In this document: piece after piece, positions 37,479-47,384 of the stretch
Numbering within the stretch: position 1 is the first letter of the stretch
How the letters are laid out: each line of letters begins with the position of its first letter
Assembly: GCA_902601455.1 (NCBI GenBank)
Contig: CACKNC010000006.1
Location: 6,875 to 70,874, forward strand
Direction of reading: 5' to 3'
DNA length: 64,000 nucleotides
Source of the DNA: an uncultured Alphaproteobacteria bacterium
Lineage (GTDB): Bacteria > Pseudomonadota > Alphaproteobacteria > HIMB59 > GCA-002718135
Made by a program: the position numbers and the translations under genes
Notes under the pieces: generated by a model
What the model was told of the DNA's origin: nothing
Databases searched by the model: none
What the model saw: the letters and a program-made list of their open reading frames with translations, nothing else

Positions 37479-38819
37479 ATGGACTTAGAAAATAGAAACG
37501 AATTACCAAATTCACTCGAAGAACATTGGATGCCTTTCACATCCAATCATGATTTTAAAGATAACCCAAGATTAATGGTCAAGGCCGAAGGGGTCTATTA
37601 TACTGATCATCATGGTAACCAATTAATTGATGCAAGCTCAGGATTATTTTGTAGTCCTGCTGGTCATGGTCGAAAAGAAATAAGAGATGCTGTTTATAAA
37701 CAACTTGAACAACTTGATTATGTTCAACCATTTCAACAAGGTTATAATGGTTCTTTTGAGTTAGCTAGAAAAATTTCTAAACACACTCCAGATGATTTGA
37801 ATAAAATATTTTTTACAATGTGTGGTTCATCTGCTGTTGATACAGCAATTAAAACTGCCATAGCCTATTTTAAAGCAAAGGGAGAAGGACATCGACATCA
37901 TATTGTTGGTCGTGAAAGAGGATATCACGGAATGAACATTGGCGGAATATCAGTTGGAGGTATGGTGGCTAATAGAAAAACATTCTCAAGTATTTTAATG
38001 CCAAACACTCATCATTTAAGACATACGCATCTTCCTGAGAATACTTTTGTAAAAGGGGAACCTGAAACTGGTGAATATCTTGCAGATGATTTAGAGCGTA
38101 TAGCAGGTCATATTGGTGGAGAAAACATTGCTGCATGTATAGTAGAGCCCGTTGCTGGCTCAACAGGAACTCTAGTTCCCCCAAAAGGATATTTACAAAA
38201 GCTTAGAAAAATTTGTGATAAACACGGCATCTTGTTAATTTTTGATGAAGTTATTACTGGTTGGGGTAGAATGGGTGAAGCATTCGGTGCTCAAGCATTT
38301 GGAGTAACACCTGATATTTTAACAATGGCAAAAGCTGTAACAAATGGTGTTGTACCTCTTGGAGCGGTGGCTTCCAGAGAACATATTTATGATACTATGG
38401 TTGATGCAGCACCAAATGGGGCTATAGAATTCTTTCATGGTTATACTTACTCAGGTATTCCATGTTCAGTCGCCGCCGGGTTAGCTATGCAAGATATTAT
38501 TGAAAAAGAAGATTTAATTAATCGCTCAAAAGAAATGTCCCCCTATTTTTTAGAAGGGCTATTTACTCTAAAAGATATCGATGGTGTAACAGATATTAGA
38601 GGTTACGGTATGATGGGTGGTATTGATCTGCGTATGGATGAACGCTTAGGCAAAGCTGGATATAATTGTTTCAAATCATTGTTCGCAGCTGGATTGAGTT
38701 TAAAAGCAACAGGTGATTGTTTAATCGTTGCCCCTCCGTTTATTTCAGAAAAAAAACATATCGATGAAATAATTGAAAAACTAAGATTAGGAATAACTAA
38801 TTACTTTAAAGGTAAATAA
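37479..38819 (+). CDS. Class-III omega-amino acid:pyruvate aminotransferase (taurine--pyruvate or beta-alanine--pyruvate)
   Basis: The ORF track starts at TTG 37473, but ATG 37479 has AGGGA 6 nt upstream. Blocks HWMPFTSN, RERGYHGMN, ACIVEPVAGSTGTLVPPKGYLQKLRKICDKHGILLIFDEVITGWGRMG, TMAKAVTNG (PLP lysine) and FHGYTYSG closely resemble omega-amino acid:pyruvate transaminases. Confidence 0.85.
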   Translation: MDLENRNELPNSLEEHWMPFTSNHDFKDNPRLMVKAEGVYYTDHHGNQLIDASSGLFCSPAGHGRKEIRDAVYKQLEQLDYVQPFQQGYNGSFELARKISKHTPDDLNKIFFTMCGSSAVDTAIKTAIAYFKAKGEGHRHHIVGRERGYHGMNIGGISVGGMVANRKTFSSILMPNTHHLRHTHLPENTFVKGEPETGEYLADDLERIAGHIGGENIAACIVEPVAGSTGTLVPPKGYLQKLRKICDKHGILLIFDEVITGWGRMGEAFGAQAFGVTPDILTMAKAVTNGVVPLGAVASREHIYDTMVDAAPNGAIEFFHGYTYSGIPCSVAAGLAMQDIIEKEDLINRSKEMSPYFLEGLFTLKDIDGVTDIRGYGMMGGIDLRMDERLGKAGYNCFKSLFAAGLSLKATGDCLIVAPPFISEKKHIDEIIEKLRLGITNYFKGK

Positions 38820-39934
38820 TGAAAATTGGTGTTCCGTCTGAAATTAAGGCTCAAGAGTCCAGAGTAGGACTAACTCCATCAAGTGTTCAAGAATTAACTA
38901 ACCATGGACATAAAGTATTAGTTCAGGATAACGCAGGTTTTGGTGCGGGTTTTGAAAATGATGATTATCAAAAAGCTGGGGCACATATAGCTCCTACAGC
39001 TGGTGATGTTTTTAATGACTCAGATATGATTGTTAAGGTTAAAGAACCACAGTCTGAAGAAGTAAGCATGTTAAGAGAAAATCAACTGTTATTTACATAC
39101 CTTCATCTTTCAGCAGCACCTGAATTAACAAAAGGGTTAGTTGATTCGAAATCAATCTGCATAGCATATGAGACGGTTACTGATGAAAATAATAGATTGC
39201 CCTTACTTGCACCAATGAGTGCTGTTGCAGGAAGAATGTCCATACAGGCAGGCGCACATTCCTTAGAGAAACCTCAAGGTGGAAGAGGTTTGCTAATTGG
39301 TGGAGCTCCAGGTGTAAATCCTGGTAATGTTTTGATTTTAGGTGGAGGTGTTGTTGGTGAAAATGCTGCAATTATTGCAACAGGAATGCAGGCTAAAGTG
39401 CATATTGTTGATAAATCAGAAAATCGTCTTAAAGAGCTGCAAATGAAATTCGGTGATCGAATCATACCTTTGGTTTCAGATGAAATAAATTTAGAACAGT
39501 ATGTTGCTGAAACAGATTTACTAATAGGTGGTGTATTAATTCCTGGAGCTAATGCTCCAAAATTAATTTCAAAAGAAATGATTAAAATCATGAAAAGAGG
39601 ATCTGTTATAGTCGATGTTGCGATTGATCAAGGAGGCTGTGTTGAAACAAGTAAACCTACAACACATGCTAATCCAACTTTTGTTATTGATGATGTAGTG
39701 CATTACTGTGTTGCAAATATGCCAGGCGGAGTTCCAATGACCTCAACTTTGGCTTTAAATGCTGCGACTTTGCCATTCGTTTTAAATCTTGCACAAAATG
39801 GCTACCGTGATGCTTTAAACAGTGATGCAAATTTTCTAGCTGGTTTAAATGTATGTCAAGGAAGTATTACTTACAAAGCGGTAGCAGATGATTTGGATTA
39901 TGAGTTTATTGATCCAAGTAATGCAATAAATTAA
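38819..39934 (+). CDS. ald: Alanine dehydrogenase
   Basis: 371 aa. The N-terminus is MKIGVPSEIKAQESRVGLTPSSV, with NAD motif ILGGGVVGENAA and HYCVANMPG. Confidence 0.9.
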   Translation: MKIGVPSEIKAQESRVGLTPSSVQELTNHGHKVLVQDNAGFGAGFENDDYQKAGAHIAPTAGDVFNDSDMIVKVKEPQSEEVSMLRENQLLFTYLHLSAAPELTKGLVDSKSICIAYETVTDENNRLPLLAPMSAVAGRMSIQAGAHSLEKPQGGRGLLIGGAPGVNPGNVLILGGGVVGENAAIIATGMQAKVHIVDKSENRLKELQMKFGDRIIPLVSDEINLEQYVAETDLLIGGVLIPGANAPKLISKEMIKIMKRGSVIVDVAIDQGGCVETSKPTTHANPTFVIDDVVHYCVANMPGGVPMTSTLALNAATLPFVLNLAQNGYRDALNSDANFLAGLNVCQGSITYKAVADDLDYEFIDPSNAIN

Positions 39935-39944
39935 TTAAATTTAT

Positions 39945-40922
39945 ATGACTGACTCAAATGATGAGTTAATGATGGAGACAATGTATTGGTGGGGAATACC
40001 AACATTGTTTAGATGTGAACATAATAAAGATTTATCTAAATGTGATATTGCTCTAGCAGGTGTGCCACACAGCACAGGAAATGGAACAACTGAGAGAGAT
40101 CAACACTTAGGTCCAAGAGCAGTTCGTCATGTATCTGCAGGTTTAAGACGCGTGCATTTAGATTTTAATATTAATCCATGGAAAAAGAAAAAAATATTCG
40201 ATTTAGGTGATGTAGCTCTTCCTCACGCAAATAATAATGAAAAGTGCATAGAAGATATTACAAGTTTCTACTCAAAAATTGCTAATGCAAAAAAACCTGT
40301 AGTATCAATAGGTGGTGACCACTCTATTACAGGTGGGATTCTTCAAGGTCTAGGTTCTAATAATTTAGAAATGACAAATGGAAAACAAATATCCTTTTTA
40401 CACATTGATGCTCATACTGACACGTTTAGTCAACTTGATCATTTCATGGGAGCTAAAAAAAGTGCTGCTCACTGGGGAGCCTATCTCGTAGATCAAGGAA
40501 TTATAAATCCTCAGAATAGTATGCAAATTGGAATGCGCGGAAACCCACGTACTTTAGATTGGTTACAACCAAGTTATGATCTTGGATATAATGTTGTGAC
40601 AATGGAAGAATTTAAAAAAAGAGGTATTAAAGAAGTCATAAATGAGACTCTTGAAAAAATCGGCGATAATCCAATCTATATTACTTTCGATTTAGACTCT
40701 TTAGATGCTTCAGTTGCTCCAGCTGTTTCTAACATTGAGCCAAGTTTTAATGGATTTACAATAGATGAAGCAAAAGCATTAATTCAATCTGTAAAAAACA
40801 AAAATGTTATTGGTGGAGATGTGGTATGTTTAATGCCTACCAAAGATCAGAAGAATAATATTACTTCAATGGTCGCAGCATCTATAATGTTTGAGATAAT
40901 AAGTGTTATCGCTTACAAATGA
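39945..40922 (+). CDS. Arginase/agmatinase-family ureohydrolase (guanidino-compound amidinohydrolase)
   Basis: 325 aa. Mn-binding motifs GGDHSITGG, HIDAHTDT and TFDLDSLD. It lies 10 nt downstream of ald. Confidence 0.85.
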   Translation: MTDSNDELMMETMYWWGIPTLFRCEHNKDLSKCDIALAGVPHSTGNGTTERDQHLGPRAVRHVSAGLRRVHLDFNINPWKKKKIFDLGDVALPHANNNEKCIEDITSFYSKIANAKKPVVSIGGDHSITGGILQGLGSNNLEMTNGKQISFLHIDAHTDTFSQLDHFMGAKKSAAHWGAYLVDQGIINPQNSMQIGMRGNPRTLDWLQPSYDLGYNVVTMEEFKKRGIKEVINETLEKIGDNPIYITFDLDSLDASVAPAVSNIEPSFNGFTIDEAKALIQSVKNKNVIGGDVVCLMPTKDQKNNITSMVAASIMFEIISVIAYK

Positions 40923-41467
40923 TTTATAGAGTAAAATTTATTTTTAATAATAATAAAATGCTTTCATTAGCTTTAACTTCTACTTCAATGTTTATCTTAT
41001 ACATAATGCTAGTTTTAAGTCGTGTAAGTGGCTGTTTTAATCTTGAGGTGGGATCAAATTCTTTAGGCTTATCTTTCTCTTATACCATTGAGATGGTCCA
41101 AAGATTTTTCGATAGTAGAAATAAAGAACAGCTGTTGTGTTATAGTAAATTTTTAAAAATATGGGATATAATTTTTGCATTTATATATACCACAATGTAT
41201 ACTTCTTGGATTGCTTTACTCTTTAAAAATAAGCACGTTTATTTAATTATCCCTATTCTTGTAATGATTTGTGATTGGTCAGAAAATTATCTAGAAATAT
41301 TAATGTTAGAAAGTTATTTACAATCTAGTATAATACCTCAAAATTTTGTATCATTAGGCTCAGGAACAAATTCTTTAAAATGGACTTTATCAACTTTATC
41401 TTATTTAATAATTCTATTTGGAGTAATTCAAATTTCAGTGAAATATTTTAGAAAAAAATCAAACTAA
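40919..41467 (+). CDS. Hypothetical membrane protein
   Basis: 182 aa with about 4 hydrophobic helices and no motif I recognise. There is a 4-nt overlap with the ureohydrolase gene. Confidence 0.5.
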   Translation: MIYRVKFIFNNNKMLSLALTSTSMFILYIMLVLSRVSGCFNLEVGSNSLGLSFSYTIEMVQRFFDSRNKEQLLCYSKFLKIWDIIFAFIYTTMYTSWIALLFKNKHVYLIIPILVMICDWSENYLEILMLESYLQSSIIPQNFVSLGSGTNSLKWTLSTLSYLIILFGVIQISVKYFRKKSN

Positions 41468-42516
41468 TTAAATTTTTTTGCAGCGTAAGACATTATTTTT
41501 AGTTTTTTTAATGCAAGCTCTCTATTTAAATGGCCTAACCCACAATCAGGAGCCGCAATTAATTGATCTTTTGAAATAAACTTTAATGCCTCATTAATCC
41601 TCCCTTCTATTTCTTCAGTAGTTTCAATTTTAGAACTTGCTATTTTAATTAATCCAAAAATTATTTTTGTATATTTGTAGTCTTTAAGTAAAATTAGATC
41701 ATTATGCCGATGAGCATCTTCAATAGATACTGTATCAATAATTGATTTATCCAAAGCTTTAGCTATCTTTTTATAGGAATCTAATGGAGCTTTTGGATAA
41801 TTAACTGCATCTAATTTATCTGGGTATCCACAACAAATATGGGTTATTTTTTCAACGCCATTTTGATTTATTCCATCAAAACATTTTTCTAAATTTTTAA
41901 TACCAAAATTAAGAGCATTATCTGGTTTTCTTGCAAATAACGGTTCATCAACTTGAATAAATTTACACCCAGCATCGACAAGCCTTTTAATTTCAACATT
42001 AATAGCAATGGCTAAGTCATTACCCATTTCTTCATCAGAAGCATAATAGGTATTGGCTATTGTGTCAGTTATGGTCATTGGTCCAGGAATAGTAACTTTA
42101 ACAGGTTTTGATGTAAGTGATTGATTTTGCTTCCACTCACGAACTAAAAACTCTTCTTTTGATTTTATCTTATTAGTAATCGTTGGAAGCCAACATTTAT
42201 AGTTACCTGTTCTCGCAACTTTTTCAGTAAGTGTATCAAAATCAACACCTTCTAAATGACGACAATGATAATGAATATAATTTTCTCTTCTTACTTCACC
42301 GTCGGTCAAAACATCAATGCCACATTCTTCCTGATCTAAAATTACTTGCCTAGCTGCTTTAAAAAAAATTTCATCTGCCCCTGATCCCATACGATTGATT
42401 TCTTCTTCATAAAATTTTGTAGGATTAGCTGTATCCGTTCCACCTGAAGCATTAAACCAATCTGTGATTTTTAAAAAAGAGGGTTTAGGAAAGGCCCCTA
42501 TAACAGTTGTAAGCAT
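41464..42516 (-). CDS. MetE C-terminal-domain-like Zn-dependent methyltransferase (second paralog)
   Basis: 350 aa. The N-terminus is TTVIGAFPKP. Zn-ligand motifs are THICCGY (H-x-C) and APDCGLG. It lies directly downstream of the sulfatase gene. Confidence 0.7.
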   Translation of the reverse strand: MLTTVIGAFPKPSFLKITDWFNASGGTDTANPTKFYEEEINRMGSGADEIFFKAARQVILDQEECGIDVLTDGEVRRENYIHYHCRHLEGVDFDTLTEKVARTGNYKCWLPTITNKIKSKEEFLVREWKQNQSLTSKPVKVTIPGPMTITDTIANTYYASDEEMGNDLAIAINVEIKRLVDAGCKFIQVDEPLFARKPDNALNFGIKNLEKCFDGINQNGVEKITHICCGYPDKLDAVNYPKAPLDSYKKIAKALDKSIIDTVSIEDAHRHNDLILLKDYKYTKIIFGLIKIASSKIETTEEIEGRINEALKFISKDQLIAAPDCGLGHLNRELALKKLKIMSYAAKKFN

Positions 42517-42519
42517 AAC

Positions 42520-44061
42520 TTAATTTATCATTTTTCTAGATTGAGGTCCATTAACTCTTACAACACCATCTTTTGAAACTTGCAAACTTGAAAGCTGTCT
42601 ATCTTGATGTCTAAGTCTATGACTTAATAATTCACTCAATAATGTATTTTTAATTTCATAATATTTTTTATCTTCTGCTAAATTTTTCATCTCCTGAGGA
42701 TCATTTTCGAGATCGAATAACAATGCTGGTAAACTTGGAAAATGTACATATTTCCATTTATTTGTTCTAATGCAAATTAAGGAACATTCTTCTGGGGCTA
42801 ATATTTGTTCTTTAACAAATTGTGAATAATGACTTTCACTGAAATCAAATTCAAAAATTACATGAGATTTTATGGAATCTCTTTTACCTTTTTGTGTATA
42901 ATCCTTTAGTGATTCACCACTCCAATTAACTGGTATATCAGCTTTTAACCAATCAAGGATTGTAGGGGCCAAATCCACTGACTCAGTGAAATCACTTATT
43001 TCATAATTTTTTTCTCCAGGGTTATAAATTATTAGAGGTATTCTATAAGATGAGTCCCACCAACCTAATTTACCCCACATTCTATTTTCGCCTAATAATT
43101 CTCCATGATCACTAGTGAAGATTATTAGAGTATCTTCATGTAAATTATTTTGTTCTAAGCTTTTTAAAATTCTTCCAATATTATGATCAACCTCCGCACA
43201 CATTCCAAGATATACCGCTATTAGATTTTTTTTGTCTTGATTATTTAAATCTTTATACCGAACTTCCTTATATAAATCTTTATTCATAAATTTTTTTGCT
43301 ACTTCTTTTAAAAAGGGATGATCATTAAGCATTTCTAAATATGTGCTATGCTCTTTAGGTAACTCAATATCATTTGGATTAATAAGACTATGCCAAGGTT
43401 CAGATACAAACATTGGGGGATGTGGTCTTAAAAAAGATACATGATAAAAAAAAGGTGAAGTTGTTTTTTCTAAATTATTTATAACTTTGTTTGCAAGAAA
43501 AGTTGTGTCTGAGTGTTTAGTTGGTATATGCCATGCTTTAAAAATATACCCCTCTCCATCTTTTGGTTTTTTTTCTTTATATAAATCTTTTGGATCTTTT
43601 ATATTATAGCCTTTTGATTTTAAAAAGTTTGCCCAAAGGATGGGGTTTTCTGAAGTAAGGTCACAAATAGGATCAAATCCTTCCATTGGAGACTCATATG
43701 TAAATTTTTTTTTATCATCATCCTTTAAAAAACGAGGATCCCATGTTGTATCTGTATAACCAAAAAGCTTTGGATCATGACCAACTTTTTTAACTTCTTT
43801 GGCAATATTAGTAAAACGTTTATCAAGAGGAGCACCATTTCTAACAGATCGATGAATGAAAGGATAAAGACCAGTAAGCATTGTCGCTCTTGATGGACCA
43901 CAAGGAATAATACCTGTAAAATGAGATTTAAATACAGTACTTTTTTTTGCTAGTTTATCTAAATTAGGAGTAACTGCATTTTTGTGTTTCATGAAACCAA
44001 AGCAGTCCCATCTCCATTGGTCAGCACATATAAATAGGACTGATTTATTTGATTTTTTCAT
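42520..44061 (-). CDS. Cys-type (formylglycine) sulfatase, apparently cytoplasmic
   Basis: 513 aa. Motifs FICADQWRWD, the C-x-P-x-R motif CGPSRATMLTG and TSDHGE. I see no N-terminal signal peptide. Confidence 0.85.
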   Translation of the reverse strand: MKKSNKSVLFICADQWRWDCFGFMKHKNAVTPNLDKLAKKSTVFKSHFTGIIPCGPSRATMLTGLYPFIHRSVRNGAPLDKRFTNIAKEVKKVGHDPKLFGYTDTTWDPRFLKDDDKKKFTYESPMEGFDPICDLTSENPILWANFLKSKGYNIKDPKDLYKEKKPKDGEGYIFKAWHIPTKHSDTTFLANKVINNLEKTTSPFFYHVSFLRPHPPMFVSEPWHSLINPNDIELPKEHSTYLEMLNDHPFLKEVAKKFMNKDLYKEVRYKDLNNQDKKNLIAVYLGMCAEVDHNIGRILKSLEQNNLHEDTLIIFTSDHGELLGENRMWGKLGWWDSSYRIPLIIYNPGEKNYEISDFTESVDLAPTILDWLKADIPVNWSGESLKDYTQKGKRDSIKSHVIFEFDFSESHYSQFVKEQILAPEECSLICIRTNKWKYVHFPSLPALLFDLENDPQEMKNLAEDKKYYEIKNTLLSELLSHRLRHQDRQLSSLQVSKDGVVRVNGPQSRKMIN

Positions 44062-44221
44062 AAGAGTTTATTTTCACATACTAGATATTGTATTTTCAAC
44101 AAAAAAAATACACAATTTGTACATAAAAATTTAATATTTCTAATATATTTTTTTGATAATGGGAAAAAATTGTATACAAAAAAAATACGAAACTTTTATT
44201 CTTAATTAAGGAGAAAATAAT

Positions 44222-46273
44222 ATGTTTAAAAAATTACTTTTAACATTAGTGTTTTCCGCTGGAACAGTTTTATGGAGTGTAAGTTCATATGCCGACGGGC
44301 ATTGTGAAGGCTCTACTATGAGCGATGGTCATACTGGTGGAAAATATCCTCAACAATATGAGTTATCAGAATATCAAAGTGCAGCTGGCTGTAAAATGAT
44401 GTTTGCTGAGAATCCAAATATTGTGAGCATTAACGATACTATTCAAGGTAACAAAGGTTTAGCAGCAGTTGCTGATCGTTTACCTGATGAACCACTAGTT
44501 GTTGTACCTTATGATTCAATTGGATCATACGGTGGTACAATTAAGTTTTTATCAAACGCAACTGAAGCTGGTACTTCTGATATGTTATCAACTCGTCACG
44601 TAAACTTAGTACGTTTCGCAGATGATTTATCAACAATCGTACCTAACGTTGCTAAAGATTATGAATGGAATGATGATTTTACAACTTTAACCTTTATGCT
44701 TAGAAAAGGTCATAAGTGGTCTAACGGTGAACCATTCACTGCAAGAGATGTAGAGTTTTGGTATGAAGATCTAATGATGAATACAAACATTAGAGAAAAG
44801 CCTTATCCATATCTTCTAGTTGGTGGAGAGCCTATGACTGTAGATGTTATTGATGATACAACTGTAAGATTCAACTTACCATCTCCATTCCCAGGTTTAT
44901 TAGCTACGCTTGCATGGTCTTATAACCAAGCATTCATGCCTGCACATTTCTTAGAACAATTTCATCCTGAAATAGACTCTAATGCTGATGCAAATGCACA
45001 AGCATTAGGTTTTGAAAATGGATGGGATGCTCTTGCAGCTTATTATGGTAACTCTGGTTGGACTGATACTCCAACTCCAATGTTGAGAAACCCTGATCTT
45101 GTTGCTGGCTTAGAATATGCAGCTTATCCTTCTTTAGAAGCTTACATGACTATTGAAGATACTACTGAGGGTAGAGTTTATGCAGCTAATCCATATTTTC
45201 ACCAAGTTGATACTGCTGGAAATCAACTACCTTACATTGATTATCAAAATGAAAGATACATCAATGAAAACGAAATCAGGTTGTTAAAACTTGTTAATGG
45301 TGAAGTTGATTATAAGTCTCAATCCGTACAACTTGAGTCTGCACCTCAATTATTAGATGGTGCTGAATCAGGTGGATATAGCCTTCAAATTAACCCAGGT
45401 TGTGGTGCTGCACTATTTAGCTTTAACGTTACTCATCCAGATATGGAAAAACGTAAAGTGTATAGTGACATACGTTTCCGTCAAGCAATGTCTATTGCCC
45501 TTGATAGAAATGAAATCAACGATGTTGCATACTATGGTATGGGTGTTGTAGAGCAGTTTGTAGGTATTTCACCTGCACCTGATTTTGTACCTGAGGAAAT
45601 TAAAATGCATATGACTCAATATGATCCAGATGGTGCAAATGCACTTCTTGATGAAGTTGGGCTAAAAGATGTTGATGGAGATGGCTTTAGAGAGCTTCCA
45701 AATGGAGCACCTTTTGCTATGAACATTGACTATGCTACTCAAGGTATTGGTGGTGTTGAAGTTGAACTAGTTGCACGTATGTGGAATGATGTAGGTGTAA
45801 AAACTAACTTCAAAGAAGTTACTCCAGATGAATATCGTGGATCACAATCTTCGAACGCATTAGATGTTCATGCTTGGGATAAAGGCCAACCATTGGCAAT
45901 TATTGCAGGTAACCCTGAAACATTTAAAGCACCATTTGGTAACTACTTCAACCATACTCAAGGTATGTTATGGGCTGCTTACATTGATAGTAACGGCACA
46001 GACGGTGTAGAGCCTCCTCAGTGGGTATATGATTTAAGTGATGGAATAGATAAATTCCAATCATATGAATTAGGTACAGCTGAATCAAATGAGTGGGGTC
46101 AAAAAATTACAACAATGTTAACAGAACAAACTTTGTTAATTGGAACTGTAAAAGCACCATTCCCAACATATCATAGAAATGCTTTGAAAAACTTTACGCA
46201 ATTCAAAACTACTTCTTATGAGTATTACAGAACTTACCCATATCTAGCTACTCAGTGGTGGTTAGACGAATAA
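44222..46273 (+). CDS. ABC transporter substrate-binding protein, family 5 (Opp/Dpp type), large form
   Basis: 683 aa. Signal peptide MFKKLLLTLVFSAGTVLWSVSSYA and RBS AAGGAG. It is followed by DppB/C/D/F-type genes. Confidence 0.8.
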   Translation: MFKKLLLTLVFSAGTVLWSVSSYADGHCEGSTMSDGHTGGKYPQQYELSEYQSAAGCKMMFAENPNIVSINDTIQGNKGLAAVADRLPDEPLVVVPYDSIGSYGGTIKFLSNATEAGTSDMLSTRHVNLVRFADDLSTIVPNVAKDYEWNDDFTTLTFMLRKGHKWSNGEPFTARDVEFWYEDLMMNTNIREKPYPYLLVGGEPMTVDVIDDTTVRFNLPSPFPGLLATLAWSYNQAFMPAHFLEQFHPEIDSNADANAQALGFENGWDALAAYYGNSGWTDTPTPMLRNPDLVAGLEYAAYPSLEAYMTIEDTTEGRVYAANPYFHQVDTAGNQLPYIDYQNERYINENEIRLLKLVNGEVDYKSQSVQLESAPQLLDGAESGGYSLQINPGCGAALFSFNVTHPDMEKRKVYSDIRFRQAMSIALDRNEINDVAYYGMGVVEQFVGISPAPDFVPEEIKMHMTQYDPDGANALLDEVGLKDVDGDGFRELPNGAPFAMNIDYATQGIGGVEVELVARMWNDVGVKTNFKEVTPDEYRGSQSSNALDVHAWDKGQPLAIIAGNPETFKAPFGNYFNHTQGMLWAAYIDSNGTDGVEPPQWVYDLSDGIDKFQSYELGTAESNEWGQKITTMLTEQTLLIGTVKAPFPTYHRNALKNFTQFKTTSYEYYRTYPYLATQWWLDE

Positions 46274-46295
46274 GTTAAAGTAATAATTTTTTTGA

Positions 46296-46330
46296 AAAAA
46301 GCGGCAATTTTTTATTGCCGCTTTTCTTTT
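46296..46330 (+). terminator. Intercistronic stem-loop plus T-run after the binding-protein gene
   Basis: GCGGCAAT (46301-46308) pairs with ATTGCCGC (46314-46321). It is flanked by an A-run and TTTTCTTTT. Confidence 0.7.
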
Positions 46331-46370
46331 ATGAACTATTCTAAATAATTAATTAAGAAATATACAAATT

Positions 46371-47384
46371 ATGATTAATTTTATTCAATTTACATTAACA
46401 AGAGCTTTCTTATCTATTGTAACATTACTCATAGTTTGTTTTATCGTTTTTTCTTTAATGGAATTAGTTCCAGGGACATGTGCTGAACGTTATCTTGCTT
46501 TTAAAAATACTCAGGGTTCTCAAATTACCTTTGAAGATATTGAAGCTGAGAAAATTCGACTTGGTTTAGATAAACCATTTCTCTATCGATTTGGAAAATG
46601 GGTAACAGATATAGCTGTTAAACAAGATTTTGGTGACAGTTGTATTTTAAGAATTAGTATAAATGAATTATTGAGTGGAAGGTTTATGTTATCTTTAACG
46701 ATAGCTATAACCGCATTAGTTTTCTCATATTTAATTGCCATACCTGTTGGTATTATTTCTGCCTCGACGAAATATGTATCTTTAGATCAGACTTTAAAAT
46801 TTATAAGTTATTTAGGCATAGCTCTTCCAAATTTTTTAGTCGCCTTATGTATTATGCTTTTTATGACAGTGTATTTCGGTGATACCATGACAGGTTTATT
46901 TTCTGAAGAATATGAAAATGTTCCTTGGTCATTAGACAGAGTACAAGATTTTTTAAGTAGAGCATGGCTCCCCATATTTGTTTTAGGGTGGAATGCTACT
47001 GCATTTGCATTACAAACTGTTAGAGCTTTAATGCTAGATGAAAATGATAAATTATACGTTATGGCAGCTAGAGCCAGAGGTATTTCTGGTATGAGTTTAT
47101 TGTGGCGTTATCCTGCTAAACACTCACTTGGACCTGTAATTAATTCTATTGGTTTTGATTTAAATAGAATTTTTAGTGCACTTCCTATCGTTGCTTTAAT
47201 ACTTATTTTAACTGAAGCAGGGGCATTACTTATTGAAGCTCTAGCTAGATCTAATGATCAACAATTAGCTGGAGCAATTATTTTTTTACTAACGGCAACG
47301 ATTGTTTTTGTTAACTTTGTTACTGATATAATTTTAGCAATTATGGATCCAAGAATAAGGAAAGGAGTAATGGGTGGAAATTAG
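46371..47384 (+). CDS. ABC transporter permease (DppB/OppB-like)
   Basis: 337 aa polytopic protein with the BPD_transp_1-type loop YVMAARARGISGMSLLWRYPAKHS. Confidence 0.85.
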   Translation: MINFIQFTLTRAFLSIVTLLIVCFIVFSLMELVPGTCAERYLAFKNTQGSQITFEDIEAEKIRLGLDKPFLYRFGKWVTDIAVKQDFGDSCILRISINELLSGRFMLSLTIAITALVFSYLIAIPVGIISASTKYVSLDQTLKFISYLGIALPNFLVALCIMLFMTVYFGDTMTGLFSEEYENVPWSLDRVQDFLSRAWLPIFVLGWNATAFALQTVRALMLDENDKLYVMAARARGISGMSLLWRYPAKHSLGPVINSIGFDLNRIFSALPIVALILILTEAGALLIEALARSNDQQLAGAIIFLLTATIVFVNFVTDIILAIMDPRIRKGVMGGN

